A stretch of 63,961 bases of DNA from Saprolegnia diclina VS20 (taxonomy: Eukaryota). Under the pieces are notes generated by a model, which saw only the letters and a list, made by a program, of their open reading frames with translations, was not told the DNA's origin and made no database searches. The stretch covers positions 281,762 through 345,722 of the forward strand of contig NW_008246105.1 in the NCBI RefSeq assembly GCF_000281045.1, in the 5' to 3' direction. Made by a program: the position numbers and the translations under genes. This document shows positions 1-11,843 of this stretch, piece after piece (position 1 is the first letter of the stretch; every line of letters begins with the position of its first letter).

Positions 1-1812
1 GTCGTTGGGGATCGAAATCGGCGTCTGGAGCTGCAGGTGCGTCTCGTGGCTTGTCGACGATTGCCATTTGGTCGCTCGGCGGCGATACAACGTGGTCGTC
101 AAGAGAAGCGTGAGAAGGAGAAGCATGCCACCGGCCGCGACGCCAACGACGTGGAGGTAGCCCTCGGACGGTGTGCTCACACTGCCCGTGGACGCCTCGT
201 TGTCGGGCAGCATGCAGATCGGAAAGATGTCAAAGAGCAGCCGCGTGTGCGTGTGGTTGACGCACGTCGTATTGGTGAGCGTCGTGCTAAGGACAATGTC
301 GCACGGTCCCTGGAAGTTCCACTTGCCCGACACACCACGGTGCATATCGTACGTGAGCGACGACTTGTTGGGGTTGCGAAGCCGCGAGAGGAGCTCGAAC
401 TGCGAATTGTTGGCGTAAAAGGCTGTAATGGGGTTGCCTGCCAGACACCTACACGAGTTGGACAGATGCAGGACGCTGCAAATCGCGTCGTACGTACAAG
501 GACGAGAGGGACGACGGGAAGTTGGCGCGCACTTCGGTGATGCGGTTGTGCGCGAGCTGCCTACGTGGCAAGGATAAGGTCAACGCCATGTCGCGCAACT
601 TATGCCGCACAGCTGATCGAGCGTCGATGGAAATGCAGCGTCGTCCAACGACGTGATGGCGTTGAACGAGAGGCCCCTAGTCAAGATGAGGAACCGCAGT
701 TCACACGTAGCCAAGCACGGACAAGTCGAGGAGGTTGGTCGGCCACGACACATTGGCCAGAGACGTGAGCTGATTGCCTTGGAGATCCCTACGTACCCAT
801 GACAATATCGGTAAGATCTTGGTGCAACGTGGCGATAACGATAAGGTACAAAGTCTGCAGTGCCGACGGGAAGCGGACGTCGACGAGGCTCGTGAGGTTG
901 TTGTACATAGGAAAACTACACCAAGTGCGGTGAGCCCTCGTAACGCAAAGCGCGTCGACGAACAAGTGCAGGAGCGACGACGGAAAAATCGCATCGACGA
1001 GGGATTGGAGACGGTTGAACCCGACCAGTCTAGCCACAACTGTAACCTCAACCGCGACCACGGTTAGTCCGACGTACAGAAACGTGATGTGCCGGCTGCG
1101 GCTCAAATCGCCCAGGTGCTCGATCTGGTTGTTCGAGAGCTCTCTAATGCGTTCACTTGAGCCATGGGAGTGAACCAACCACGAGGCGTACAAGACGTCG
1201 ATCGTGTCGGGAAAGCGGACGCCGCTGATCGTCGTGATGGCGTTACTGACCATTTGACTAGACAAAATATATCTGTGAGAAAGGCGCATGTTGAAAAATG
1301 CACGTACACACGGTTCGCAATGACGGGACGGCCGCGATCGTCCATCGAGAGGTCGTCGTGAAGCGTTTGGATCCCCAGGTTGTCCAGAAGGCTAATAATC
1401 ATTAATGCGCGCACAGAGCCTGCGCGACGTACATGGTGGACGCATACGACGGGAGGTGCTCGACGTGTTCGATCGTGAGGTTGTTTCGGATCGCGTACAA
1501 GTAGCCAAACTTGAGCGACCCCCGTGCGTCGACGGCCGCGACGTCGGCGCCACGCGCGACGCGTCCATCTGGGAACCAGACGCACGACGGGAACTCGGTC
1601 GTCCAGTTGGTCGCAACGACGCCGTCGAAAGTGATGGTGTTGTCGTCGTCGTTGGTTGTGGTAAAGTTGACGCCGCGACAGTCGGTCGTGAGCGTCGTCA
1701 TTGTCACATTGCGCGGGTGCCGTGACGGTAATAACGTGCCCCATGAGACGGACTCGTTCAGAGCTGCGAGCGCGCCGAGCGGGCACCACAACAGCAGAAT
1801 TCGCTTCCACAT
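1..1812 (-). CDS. Secreted/membrane leucine-rich-repeat receptor-like protein, multi-exon; continues past the left window edge
   Basis: ATG at 1812 gives signal-peptide-like MWKRILLLWCPLGALAA. Successive short exons each encode one LRR, e.g. ELSNNQIEHLGDLS, GFNRLQSLVDAIFPSSLLHL and DLQGNQLTSLANVSWPTNLLDL (exon 788-723, 66 nt), separated by ~45-nt GT-AG introns. Confidence 0.8.
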
Positions 1813-2902
1813 TGCACAGAAATGTAAAGTGAGACGACGCAACGTCGACGCATTGTGGGGCCGTAATGAGCCAGACGAAATCGAACGTCTCGCAACAAGA
1901 GTAGCCAAAACGTACCGACCAATCGGAGCGCGCGCTACACACATATGGTCATCAACGCGCGTCTTCGTCTCAGTATGACCATACTCGCAGTAAGTTCCGA
2001 ACCTACCAAGAAGCTCCCTTCTTGACTCGATCAACCCACGCAATGCGCACCATGAGCCACCTCGTAGACACCCCTCGACGACAAGAGAGTCGGTTTTCTA
2101 GTCGATACCAGTCGCTCGAGCCTTGCTTGCAGTACGTACTGAGAGTGGGTTGGCACACTGCGCATGAACGACTGCGCCGGCTCTTTCCCATGTGGTCGCA
2201 CGTTTCAAATCTCATGGCCACGGTAGGCTGCATGCCGCGTTGGCCCAAGGTGCCAGGTACTGCCAGTCCTACATCGAGGCGTCACTTTCTGATACGCACT
2301 GGAGCGAAGACGTCGTTGCAGATCATGCGTAGTGCAATCGATGGCAGCGCCAGTTTGGAAGGCTTTCGCTCGCCAACCGACAAACCGAGTGCGACGACGA
2401 CGATTCCGATCCGTCGATGCTCCTCTCTTCGCTTCGATCTACAGAGTAAACGATCACGCGTGCTTAATCTTTTGATATCGTACGGGTGGAGTGCGCTGTC
2501 CGAAGCTCGTGCCTTGCGTGGCTACCGTATATCGACCGTGTACTCGACGCCAGACTGCTCGAACTACGCAGCCTCTACGTGAGCAGTGTGGTGGCGCGAC
2601 GGGCCGTGAACGACTGATATGGCAGCTGCTACGACTAGAATGAATACCATTCGCAGTCGCATCTCAACCGTACGTTGTGGGACGTAGGTGCTCACAGACG
2701 AACACAGAATCCAGGGCTAGACTGCTAGACTCTATAACAGAGTCAAGGGACACGTTCATCTGCAAAGGTGTCGGGCTACACTGTGCGCGGGACGAGAGCT
2801 ACCCAGAGAAACATGCGCGCGTGAAGATGCATCCGCTTTGCTTCGTGGTTTTGCAGCAGCGAAAAGCGTAGTACAACGACGGTCTGTTGGCTGTCGAAGG
2901 CC

Positions 2903-5542
2903 ATGACGTGGCGCAACCTGTGTTATTGGTCACATTTTACACGTGTTTTTTGGTGTTTTTCACGGTGGTTTTCTGTCGTGCCAAGTACAGTGCGCAAGTG
3001 CTCAGTGGCAGCACCCAGGCGCGCGGGTATGGTACGCGTTCGAATTGGCGCCGTGTCAGCGTCGTCGCTGTATGTCCCTCGCCGAACGCGACGTGATTGT
3101 GGGACGCTGAGTATACACGCCACTTTGCACCGACCACTGGGTGCTAGTAGTGCTCGGGTTGAGGCACTCACATTGCCTTTTGCGATGACCGACGTAGCTG
3201 TCGTCGCCTTTCCAGCGCTGACGACGCTCATCGGCACCGCGATCAACGCGAGCTACTTCGCGAGCGTCGTCGACCCCAACGGGACCCACCTCGTCGACAT
3301 CGTGGTTGAATCGACAGCCGAATTTGCGCTGCCAACAGGGACCCTCGTCAACGTCGTGCAGAGCTTTCCGCGATACCCGAGCTCCATGTACGCTAGTGTT
3401 TCCTCTTGTGCTCTCTCACACACGTGCGAGTAGCAACCTCGCCTACGCCGGGATCTCGCAGCTGCGCCCCGAGCTCGCGGCCGATGACAACAACATGTGG
3501 GTCATGGCCACGCGACTGTACGCTGTCGATTGATGCACTTGAATCTAACTGCGTCGATACTGGTGCAGGAATCTGAGTCACAATGCACTCAAGAGCATTG
3601 CCAACGTTCACTTTCCGTCCAAAGTGGCCATTTTGTACGGTCCAGTGACCCTCGTTCTTGGAATTGCTGAGGCGACCATGGGTAGGGACGTGAGCTACAA
3701 CGCTTTGGGGTGTCTTGGCCGAGTGAACCCGTTGCCGAGCGTCTCGGAGAGCACGGCGCTCAATCAGTTGTATCTCAAAAGCAACCACATCACGTCGCTT
3801 CTGGACGCTGAGTTTCCACCCGGACTCCAAGTCTTGTACGGGTCGCCTCTTTGCATCTCGTTGCCTCATGCTTTTCATCGCGTAGGGACCTCGAAGACAA
3901 TGCGATTGATTCGCTGACCAACGTCAAGTGGCCCGTGGCACTGGAGCGCTTGTACTAACGTGCCCGATGTGTCTGGAGCTGATGCGGTCGACTAGGTCCT
4001 TGGCGCGCAACCGGCTTCGGAGTAGCGTCAGTGCTCGGTTTCCCGATACGCTCTTGCACCTGTATGCTCGTTGGGCGTCGTATAAGAATGTCAATTACGC
4101 TAATATTTGCGTAGCAACCTCGAGGCCAACAACTTCTCGATACTCCACGTCGCCTTGCCCCCACGGCTTAAAACACTGTACAGAGACATCTCACTTGCCA
4201 AGCGTTGGCTCACCCACGCTGTGCCCGTAGCTCCCTCGGCGACAACCCACTTCAGTCGCTCTTTGCGACGCCGCTGCAATTCGACCGACTCGCGCGCCTC
4301 GACAACTTGACGCTACCACATCAAAACCTGAGCTGCAATGCGTCCACCGAGACGCGTCTTCTCTGGAACCAAATTCCCATCTGCATGATACCCGACGCGT
4401 CGACACCCGAGAGCGCGGCATCGCCGTCAGCGGACGCGTGGATCTATGCGATCCTCGGCCTGACCTCGGCGTGCGTGGTCGTGATATTTGTCCTTCTCGC
4501 CTACCGCGCCAAGCACCGACGCCGCAAAGCGCTCGCCGAGAACGAAGCGGCGTATGGAAAGCTCTCGGACACGGCCTTCCTCGTGAAAGACCTGCGCATC
4601 GACCCGGCGCTGCGGCGGTGTCGCATTCCCGCGAGCTGTCTCACGCGCGGCGCGCTCGTGGCCAAGGGCGGGTTTGGTGTCGTGCACGTCGCGACGCTCA
4701 ACCGCAGTCCCGAGTTTGTGGACCGCACCGTTGCGCTCAAGAGTCTTCGCCCCGAGCGCGTGCACGAGCTTCGAGCTGTCCAAGCGTTTGTCGAGGAGAT
4801 CCGGCTCGGCGCCTCGCTGCGCCACGACAACATTGTCGGGTTCATCGGCATCACGTTTGCGTCGGCGCAAAGCCCCACCGCGGTCCTCGAGTACATGGCG
4901 CGCGGCGATCTCTGGAGCGTCCTGAGCACCGACCAGCGGTTTGTGTGGGCGACGGCTGAGAACGCACCACACACACCTGGAGCGATTCGGAGCAAGGAGG
5001 CTGTCTGCTGCGACGTCGCCCGAGGTTTGGCCTATCTGCACAGCGAGGTGACGCCCGCCGTGATCCACCGCGACCTCAAGTCCAAGAACGTCTTACTCAA
5101 CGAGGCGTATGTCGCCAAGCTCAGCGATTTTGGCACAAGCCGCGAGTTTGGACCAGACGACCACGTGCTGACGGCCGAGGTGGGCACGGTGCCGTGGATC
5201 GCGCCCGAAGTGCTCAAGGGCACGCGGTACAGCGAAAAGGCCGACATCTACTCGTTCGGCGTCCTTCTCTCGGAGCTCGACACGCACCAAGTGCCGTACT
5301 TTAACCAGATCGTGACGCTGCCTATCGGCGGCATCAACGTTACCCTCACCAAAGCCCGAATCGCGATGCTTGTCGCTGCCAACGAGCTCCGACCCGCGTT
5401 CTCGCGGTCGTGTCCGCCGGCGATCTTGGCCATCGCCACACGCTGCCTCGCGCACGAGCCCGACGAGCGGCCGACCGCACGGCAGCTTCTGTCCTCTCTG
5501 TCCTCTCTGTGCCTCGAGGGTGAAGACTATCATGTCGTATAA
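2903..5542 (+). CDS. LRR receptor-like TKL-family protein kinase (LRR ectodomain, TM helix, kinase); 5' start uncertain
   Basis: LRR exons at 3569-3634, 3686-3835, 3886-3951, 3996-4061 and 4115-4177. The last exon (4231-5542) has a TM helix (WIYAILGLTSACVVVIFVLLAY) and kinase motifs KGGFG, VALK, HRDLKSKN, DFG, WIAPE and DIYSFG. Confidence 0.9.
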
Positions 5543-6148
5543 TATATGTTGCGTTGACGAGCTTGTTCGTGCTGATGCGCTGGCCGTGCTGGCAGCAATG
5601 GAGGCGAGGTGGCTTCAAGTTGCGTGATTTCAGTCCTTCGATATCCGGATAATATAACCGGATACCGGAGCTTGTGGTGGTCGGACGCAATTGCATTTGA
5701 TCGACGTAGCAAGAGTATGGGATGGCCATGATGATCCAAGTACCGCTCGAGGTCCGGCAGCCAACGATGTGCATGTAGCGTACAGCAGCGACGACGTCTG
5801 CGCGTGGCTGGAGCAAGCCCTCCTCCTCCTGCGAGGCAGACCCTGGGACGCACGAGCTGCGTCAACGTCGTCGTACAGCAAACAATCTCCACCCAGGCGA
5901 GGAACCTCTGTACAAGCACTCGAGTGTTCTAGAAGGATGTGGATGCCATGACTCCGTGCATGCTGCTACAATGCATCGTCGGTGGTCTTGCCATCGACCA
6001 GAAGAGAGCAATCAAAAGGCGAAGCTGAGCCATCCCATGTAGAGATCAAATGCTATTACTAGTTGACCCATGCTTTTACTCGTCTTCGTCTTCACTCGCA
6101 TCGATCTCCAGTGCATTGGCGGGCCGCGCCTTGCCAATCTATATCGTA

Positions 6149-8656
6149 TCAGAGATGGAGGCAAAAACGAAGGCTACGGCCCACCTCCTGCTGCAGGGCC
6201 TCTTCCAAGAGCTCCAAGGTGACCTTGGTCGCATGGATGTCGCTGCGCAGACAAGCCAGCGCGGCTTCTTGGAACACTGCATTGAGCTGGCCCACGGACG
6301 CGCCTTCGGTCGCCGCGACGAGCCACTGCGTAAAGGCGTCGGCGGTTGCAAAGCGGTCTTGGATCGCGACGGGTGTCTGCGCCAGCAAGTGGGTGATGAC
6401 CTCGGCGCGCGCGTCTGCGTCTGGAAACGTGAGCCCAATCTCAAGGTCAAAGCGCCTATCGAGCATTATCAGCCAGCTGCACACAACACAGGTTGCGAGT
6501 AGTACCCGGGGCGCAAGATCGCAGGGTCGAGCTGGCTGGCGTGCGTCGTCGTCGCCACGAGCACCACGTGCTGACGCAGGAACGCCTCGTGCGTCATCGT
6601 GCGCATGGCTACGACAAATGCAATGAGTTTAGCACCGTCTCAAGGTGTCATGGGACCTGACGCCGACGACGACGAGCCGACGCCGTCCATTTCCAAGAGC
6701 AACATGGAGAGGACGCGGTCGAATGTCTGCTCGGAGCTCGTGTCAAAACCGCGGACCGGCGCCAAACTCTCAATCTGATCAAAGAGGAGGACGCAGGGCG
6801 CAGCGAGGCGCGCGGTGGCAAAGAGCGCCGAGAGCGCCTGTTCCGTGCCACCGACAACTTTCGTGACCAAGTCGGTGCACATGACGGGTACGACGGTCGC
6901 GTGGGCACCGACCGTCGCCGACACATACGCGAGCGCGTGGCTCTTGCCGCTCCCCGACGGGCCCGTGAGGAGGACACCCCGGGGCGGCGGGATGCCCATT
7001 CGCCGGTACGCCGACGAGTCGCGCAGCGGCCCGACGACCGCGACATCGAGTGTCTGGAGCGCGTCAGCCACGCCAAACATGGGCACAAGAAGCGAGGTGG
7101 CGGTCTTTTGGCCTTGGAGCACCGACGGGCGCACGACGCGAAGCCCAGCCTCAATGTGGTGAGCCTCCAGGCGGCCCGGGGCGCCGTTCACCACGGACGC
7201 CATGGCGGCTTCGCGGACGAGGCTGAGGAGGTCAGCACCAACAAAGCCCGACGTCCGCGCCGCCATGAGCTCGAGCAAGTCACTTTGCACGTCCATGTGC
7301 CGACATATCTAGACCAAGAAGCGGTCAGTTCTCCCCTCGGGGAATAGACAGTGAGTGGTATGGCATTCTACCGTCGTCAAGACGGCGTGGCGCTCGGGCA
7401 GCGTCGGCGGTGCCATGCTGAGGCACAGATCCAATCGTTTGTTGGTCGTGAGCGCAGGGTCCAGCACATCTCTGCGGTTTGTCGTTGCTAACGTACGCAC
7501 ATAAGAGAGCGATACCAAATAACGAAGGACGATGGTCTACCGAGGACAGCGACGTGGCGAGGAAGAGTCCGAAGTACCGCGAGGAGCGTCGCAAGCACCG
7601 ACTTGTCGAGCGCCGTCTCGGAACTAGCTGCGATCGCATCGACGTCTTCGAGGACGACGACGGTCCATGGTGCCCGCGACGCCTCGTGGAAGATGTCGAG
7701 AATCTTGTGTTCGGACGCGCCGGCGTTGGTCTGAAACACATCGGGCGACGAGACAAAATGGAAGCGCAAATTGGGAATCGAACCCGCGAGGAGCCGCAAA
7801 AAGTGCGACTTGCCGACGCCGGGGACACCGACGAGCAGCGCACCGACACCGTGGGAGTTCGAGGTACCTTCCTGGAACCGCTGCGTGAGGAAACCAATCG
7901 TGTCGTGCACGACGGACGCATGACAGGCGAGCTCCCGCGCAACGTCCACTGCCGCCGACGCGTGAATCGGTCGACCGCATGACGAAGACGACGAAGATAA
8001 AGTGCCGTTTGAGAAGGTCACAGTCGTGGTTGCCGTGACACAGCTCGCAAAGCTGCTGTCGTCGTCTGCGTCAACAGAAGCGACAACTGCGATGTCGAGG
8101 TCATTGCGCCATCGCAACGGTATCCGCCGACCGGGCCAGACGAGCGTTCCCATGAGCAGCTACAAGCAGCCATGGTGATCCGCAGGTCGAGTACGCAACA
8201 CGTTACCTTCGGCGCCAATTGCTCCATGGCCAGAAGGATCTTGCGCGTATAGGCAGTGGGCGCCATGTTCATCGTCAGGTGCAGGCGGAGGGTGGCTGGT
8301 ATGAGGTTGTTGTCGAGCTGCTCGAGGTGTAGCGTCGTCGCCGCCGCTTCGCCGAGCGCTGTCAAGAGCCCCAATGACGGTATCGCAACTGATGCAAGAT
8401 TCTCAACGTTGATGGCGGCTAACGCGGCCCCAAGGTCGTGTGCCGGAAGCTCGCGGACGTGGCGGATCTGGGCCACCGCTCGCGGCTCGTTCGTGGCGAA
8501 GCGCAGGACCGCCAGCGTGGGCTTTGTGATCTGGTGCGTGAACGCGGCAAAGACATCGCCTTGGACATAGAGAAGGCTGCGCGTGTCCACTGCGCTGGAC
8601 TCCAAGGCCAGGGCTGCCGGCCCGGCGGCCGCGATCGCCACCTCGATGCTGCCCAT
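6149..8656 (-). CDS. Two-domain AAA+ ATPase (CDC48/AFG2/PEX1-like clade), multi-exon
   Basis: D1 Walker A GVPGVGKS. D2 GIPPPRGVLLTGPSGSGKS, with SRH DPAILRPG-RFD split by an intron. Inter-domain motif TSGFVGADL. The N-terminal exon 8656-8206 is spliced to 8159. Confidence 0.85.
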
Positions 8657-10160
8657 TGAAGCTCGCCTTGAATCGCGACGTTTGATTGGTCAATTCCAGT
8701 TTGACTAAACCCACCCAACCATTCCATGTCGCGCTGGCGAAATTTTGCCCAGGAAGCTTGCAACACTATGGTCATCCATGGTCGTTCGTTGGGCACTGGA
8801 TCTTCTTGGCTTCTACACGAAGCGCACTTCTACGGCTTTGTGGTCCTGGCTGGGTTTTTCGAGTATCATCGTTCCTATTCTCTTACATACTGAAACCAGC
8901 TACCGGTACATTGGTTCAACTTCGTCGCGGTCGTTCGAGTGAGGACTCGCACCGACTTGCCTTCCTCAGCTCATTGATGCACCAACCCGTGGATACGAAT
9001 AGCTCATCGCGATCCACAGCCATGCTGCGACAACAGACTATCGTTCCGAGTTGTGTGTGCAAATACATGTAAGTCCTGGAGTTCTGATATGCAATACCAC
9101 TCACTGATCTTGAACCGGGCGCTGTATGTAGCTTGGCTTCGGTGGGCAATGTTGACGGCCAGTGGCACGGACATCATCAGGCGTATGAACGTTGGCGGTA
9201 AGGTGGCCTTGTTCGTCGCGTCGCGCGGCTTTGATGTGGCCAACGCACGGGCTGGCTAAATGCACGCAGCAATTCCATCGTGCCAGTTCCCGCGCAAATT
9301 TTGATGGGGATGTTTCATCACGCGAACCGTCACTTCGCTCCTCCCAGGTGCCATCGCCACCCAAGCATCAACATACCCTTGCACACGCTTGGCAAGCTTC
9401 ATGTCCACAGGGTTGGAACTTGAAGGTATAGGACATGTGCAGCCTTCGACTGACAGCGCACGTGGCTACGCTCTGTATCGTCGCGTTGCGATAACTGTGC
9501 CAATATTTGCGTCTGATTCTAGACGGAGCACATCGCAAGACGACTGCAGTAACGACTACCGTCGTTCAATGGGCGGCCAGGAGACGACGACGCGAGGGCA
9601 CATGCAACGGCCCGAAAATTTCCTTCAACCCTTGCTCATGCTTACGACGAGCTACGCTGGCGTCATTGCCGTTCACTGCTGGACGCATCTACGCTTATGA
9701 CTGTCTAGTCTAGTCAGAGAGGACTAGACTTCACGGCCTGCCAGTAAGGACAATGACAAGCCCACAGTACAGTGAACAGCATTCGAGCCTGGAGAACCGG
9801 AACCGTAAGCATCATCGGCAGCGGACGGCGTGAGGCGTTCACGTGGAGAGACGCATTGATGTACACAATTGTTTCAGGCGAGACAAGCACCTCGTTCCGT
9901 TCTCTGTTACGAAGCCCCGTATCTGTGATGTGTCCCGATGCCAGCAACGTCTCGGCGGTGATCAAGACGAAACCGCAGTCGCCACGTGGTTAAACGGGTA
10001 AACTAGCAGCACTGGTATTCCACGAGAGGTACAGTACAGTAATACACAACTGATGACAATGGATTTACGATATGAGACCATCACGGCCCGCTGATTGCAG
10101 CCGACAAGTCTCTGCCATACAGAGCGACCCCGGAATCATCATTATTGATAACCGACAGAC

Positions 10161-10219
10161 CGAAACGAGTCGGTCGCTAACCGGAACGAGTCTGTCGTTA
10201 ACCTAACGAGTCGGTCGCC
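10161..10219. repeat. Short imperfect tandem repeat, ~21 nt x3 (core AACGAGTCGGTCG)
   Basis: cgaaacgagtcggtcgctaa / ccggaacgagtctgtcgttaa / cctaacgagtcggtcgcc. Confidence 0.75.
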
Positions 10220-10436
10220 GAGTCAATGGTAGTCATAGACGCTGCATCTCTCACACTGTACTGGCCTTCATCGTTTGTTGCTTCCTGCTGCGCTACGTGG
10301 CTAGTTACGTCTGAAAATTTAAGAGGCGTCAAGTGCCTCGTACGGTGCGATCTTTGCTTGGACGGTGTGGGTGGTCCTTCCAGCTGGCGCTGCCACGTGG
10401 TGGTGGTGGTAGCGCAGCGTGGTCGTCACTTTTCAA

Positions 10437-11585
10437 ATGACGATCTTGACAAACGAGGCCCTCGAACGTCGGCGCGCTCGGAAGCGCAAAAACACCCAGG
10501 CCTGGCGGCTCAAGGAGCACGTACGAACGTCGTTCTCTTTCGACTTTCATCGGTGATGGAATCATCTCCTTTCGTAGCAACTCATGGAGTCGCTACGGCA
10601 GCAAGTGGAGGCGCTCGAGCGCCAGCTCCGAAAAGATGCCGAAGTTCGAACAACAGACCTCGTGCCGCGTAGCAGCGAGCTCGAAGCGCTGCGCCAACAA
10701 GAGACTATGCTCACCCAGCAAAACGCCAAGCTGCGCGAGGCGCTGGCACGACGGCAAGCGCTCTTCGCCCTCCCGACCCAACTCGTACGTCCATTGACAA
10801 TTAGCGCCTCAGCGATTGCAGACCGACAATTTTTTGTTTGTGTAGCCCCCGTTTCGGTTGGCCGACCCTCGGCTCTACGACAACGTGTTTCTTCTTCACC
10901 AAGTGGAAGCCACGCTCCAGTGCCTCTCCGAGACGGTGCCCCCCGCGCTTGCCCATGCGCACCCCGAGATGCTTCGCGGGTGGTCCACCAAGCACGCCTG
11001 CAACGGCGGTCTCGTGTACGTCGACGCCACGTGCAGCCTCGGGCCCGATGCGTCGACCGATATGCAGTCGGCTTGCGATGCGCACTGGGAAGTCTTCAAC
11101 GACAAGGAGCTCTACTCGCAAATGAATGCCCATGCGCTCGACTACAAGGTACTACGCAATGCCTTCACACCCATACGCTAACACACATGTGTAGGTCATC
11201 CACCGAGCGCATGACGACATGCTAGTCGCTTGCTCGACGATCCTCTTTCCTGACAACGTGCTCGTCACGCGCTACATGATCCTCTACAAGATACGATTCC
11301 GTGATGGCTTTCACTCGTGCTGCATGAGTTTTGCACCCGACCTGAGCGAGATAACGACGTGCACATTGTACGCAGTTGACGTCGTCGTTGATCTCATGTG
11401 CGAGTAGGATGAAGTATGCAATCGTGCATGGCAGCGTCGTCGCCCAAGCCCTCTCGCGGAGCAGCGTGCCACGCCACCTCGATTCAACCATTCTAGTGCC
11501 CAGGATGATCGAGCAGCTCTCCAAGTGGCTCGACCAGATATCACCACGAGTCGACCACAACACTGAGTTCACCGTGGCTCTGTGA
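10437..11585 (+). CDS. bZIP-like protein (basic region, leucine zipper, ~200-aa C-terminal domain), paralog 1, 5 exons
   Basis: Exon 1 MTILTNEALERRRARKRKNTQAWRLKEH; exon 2 zipper LRQQVEALERQL...LTQQNAKLREAL. Intron positions are shared with the paralogs at 14060 and 15634. Confidence 0.75.
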
Positions 11586-11743
11586 CCAAAAATGTACCTG
11601 GCGTTCAGGCCCTTCCCACTTTGGCTGATATCACTTGCTTTGATCGTTTCGTCCTTGCGTTAGCGCCGATTTTGACCGCATAAAGACAGAGCAATGACAC
11701 AATATGTGAAATGGTGGTGATGGTGACACCGACGATTTTGTAC

Positions 11744-11843
11744 NNNNNNNNNNNNNNNNNNNNNNNNNNNNNNNNNNNNNNNNNNNNNNNNNNNNNNNNN
11801 NNNNNNNNNNNNNNNNNNNNNNNNNNNNNNNNNNNNNNNNNNN
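11744..11843. other. Assembly gap (100 N) with identical 87-bp flanks
   Basis: 11657-11743 is identical to 11844-11930. Confidence 0.95.

Noticed and set aside
2022..2600. 186-aa ORF between the two LRR genes
   Set aside because: Non-ATG start and no motifs; likely intergenic or decayed sequence.
9050..9990. Ankyrin-like fragments (MLTASGTDIIRRMNVGGKVALFVAS; ETLLASGHITDTGLRNRE)
   Set aside because: Too short and degenerate to support a feature call; possibly pseudogene debris.
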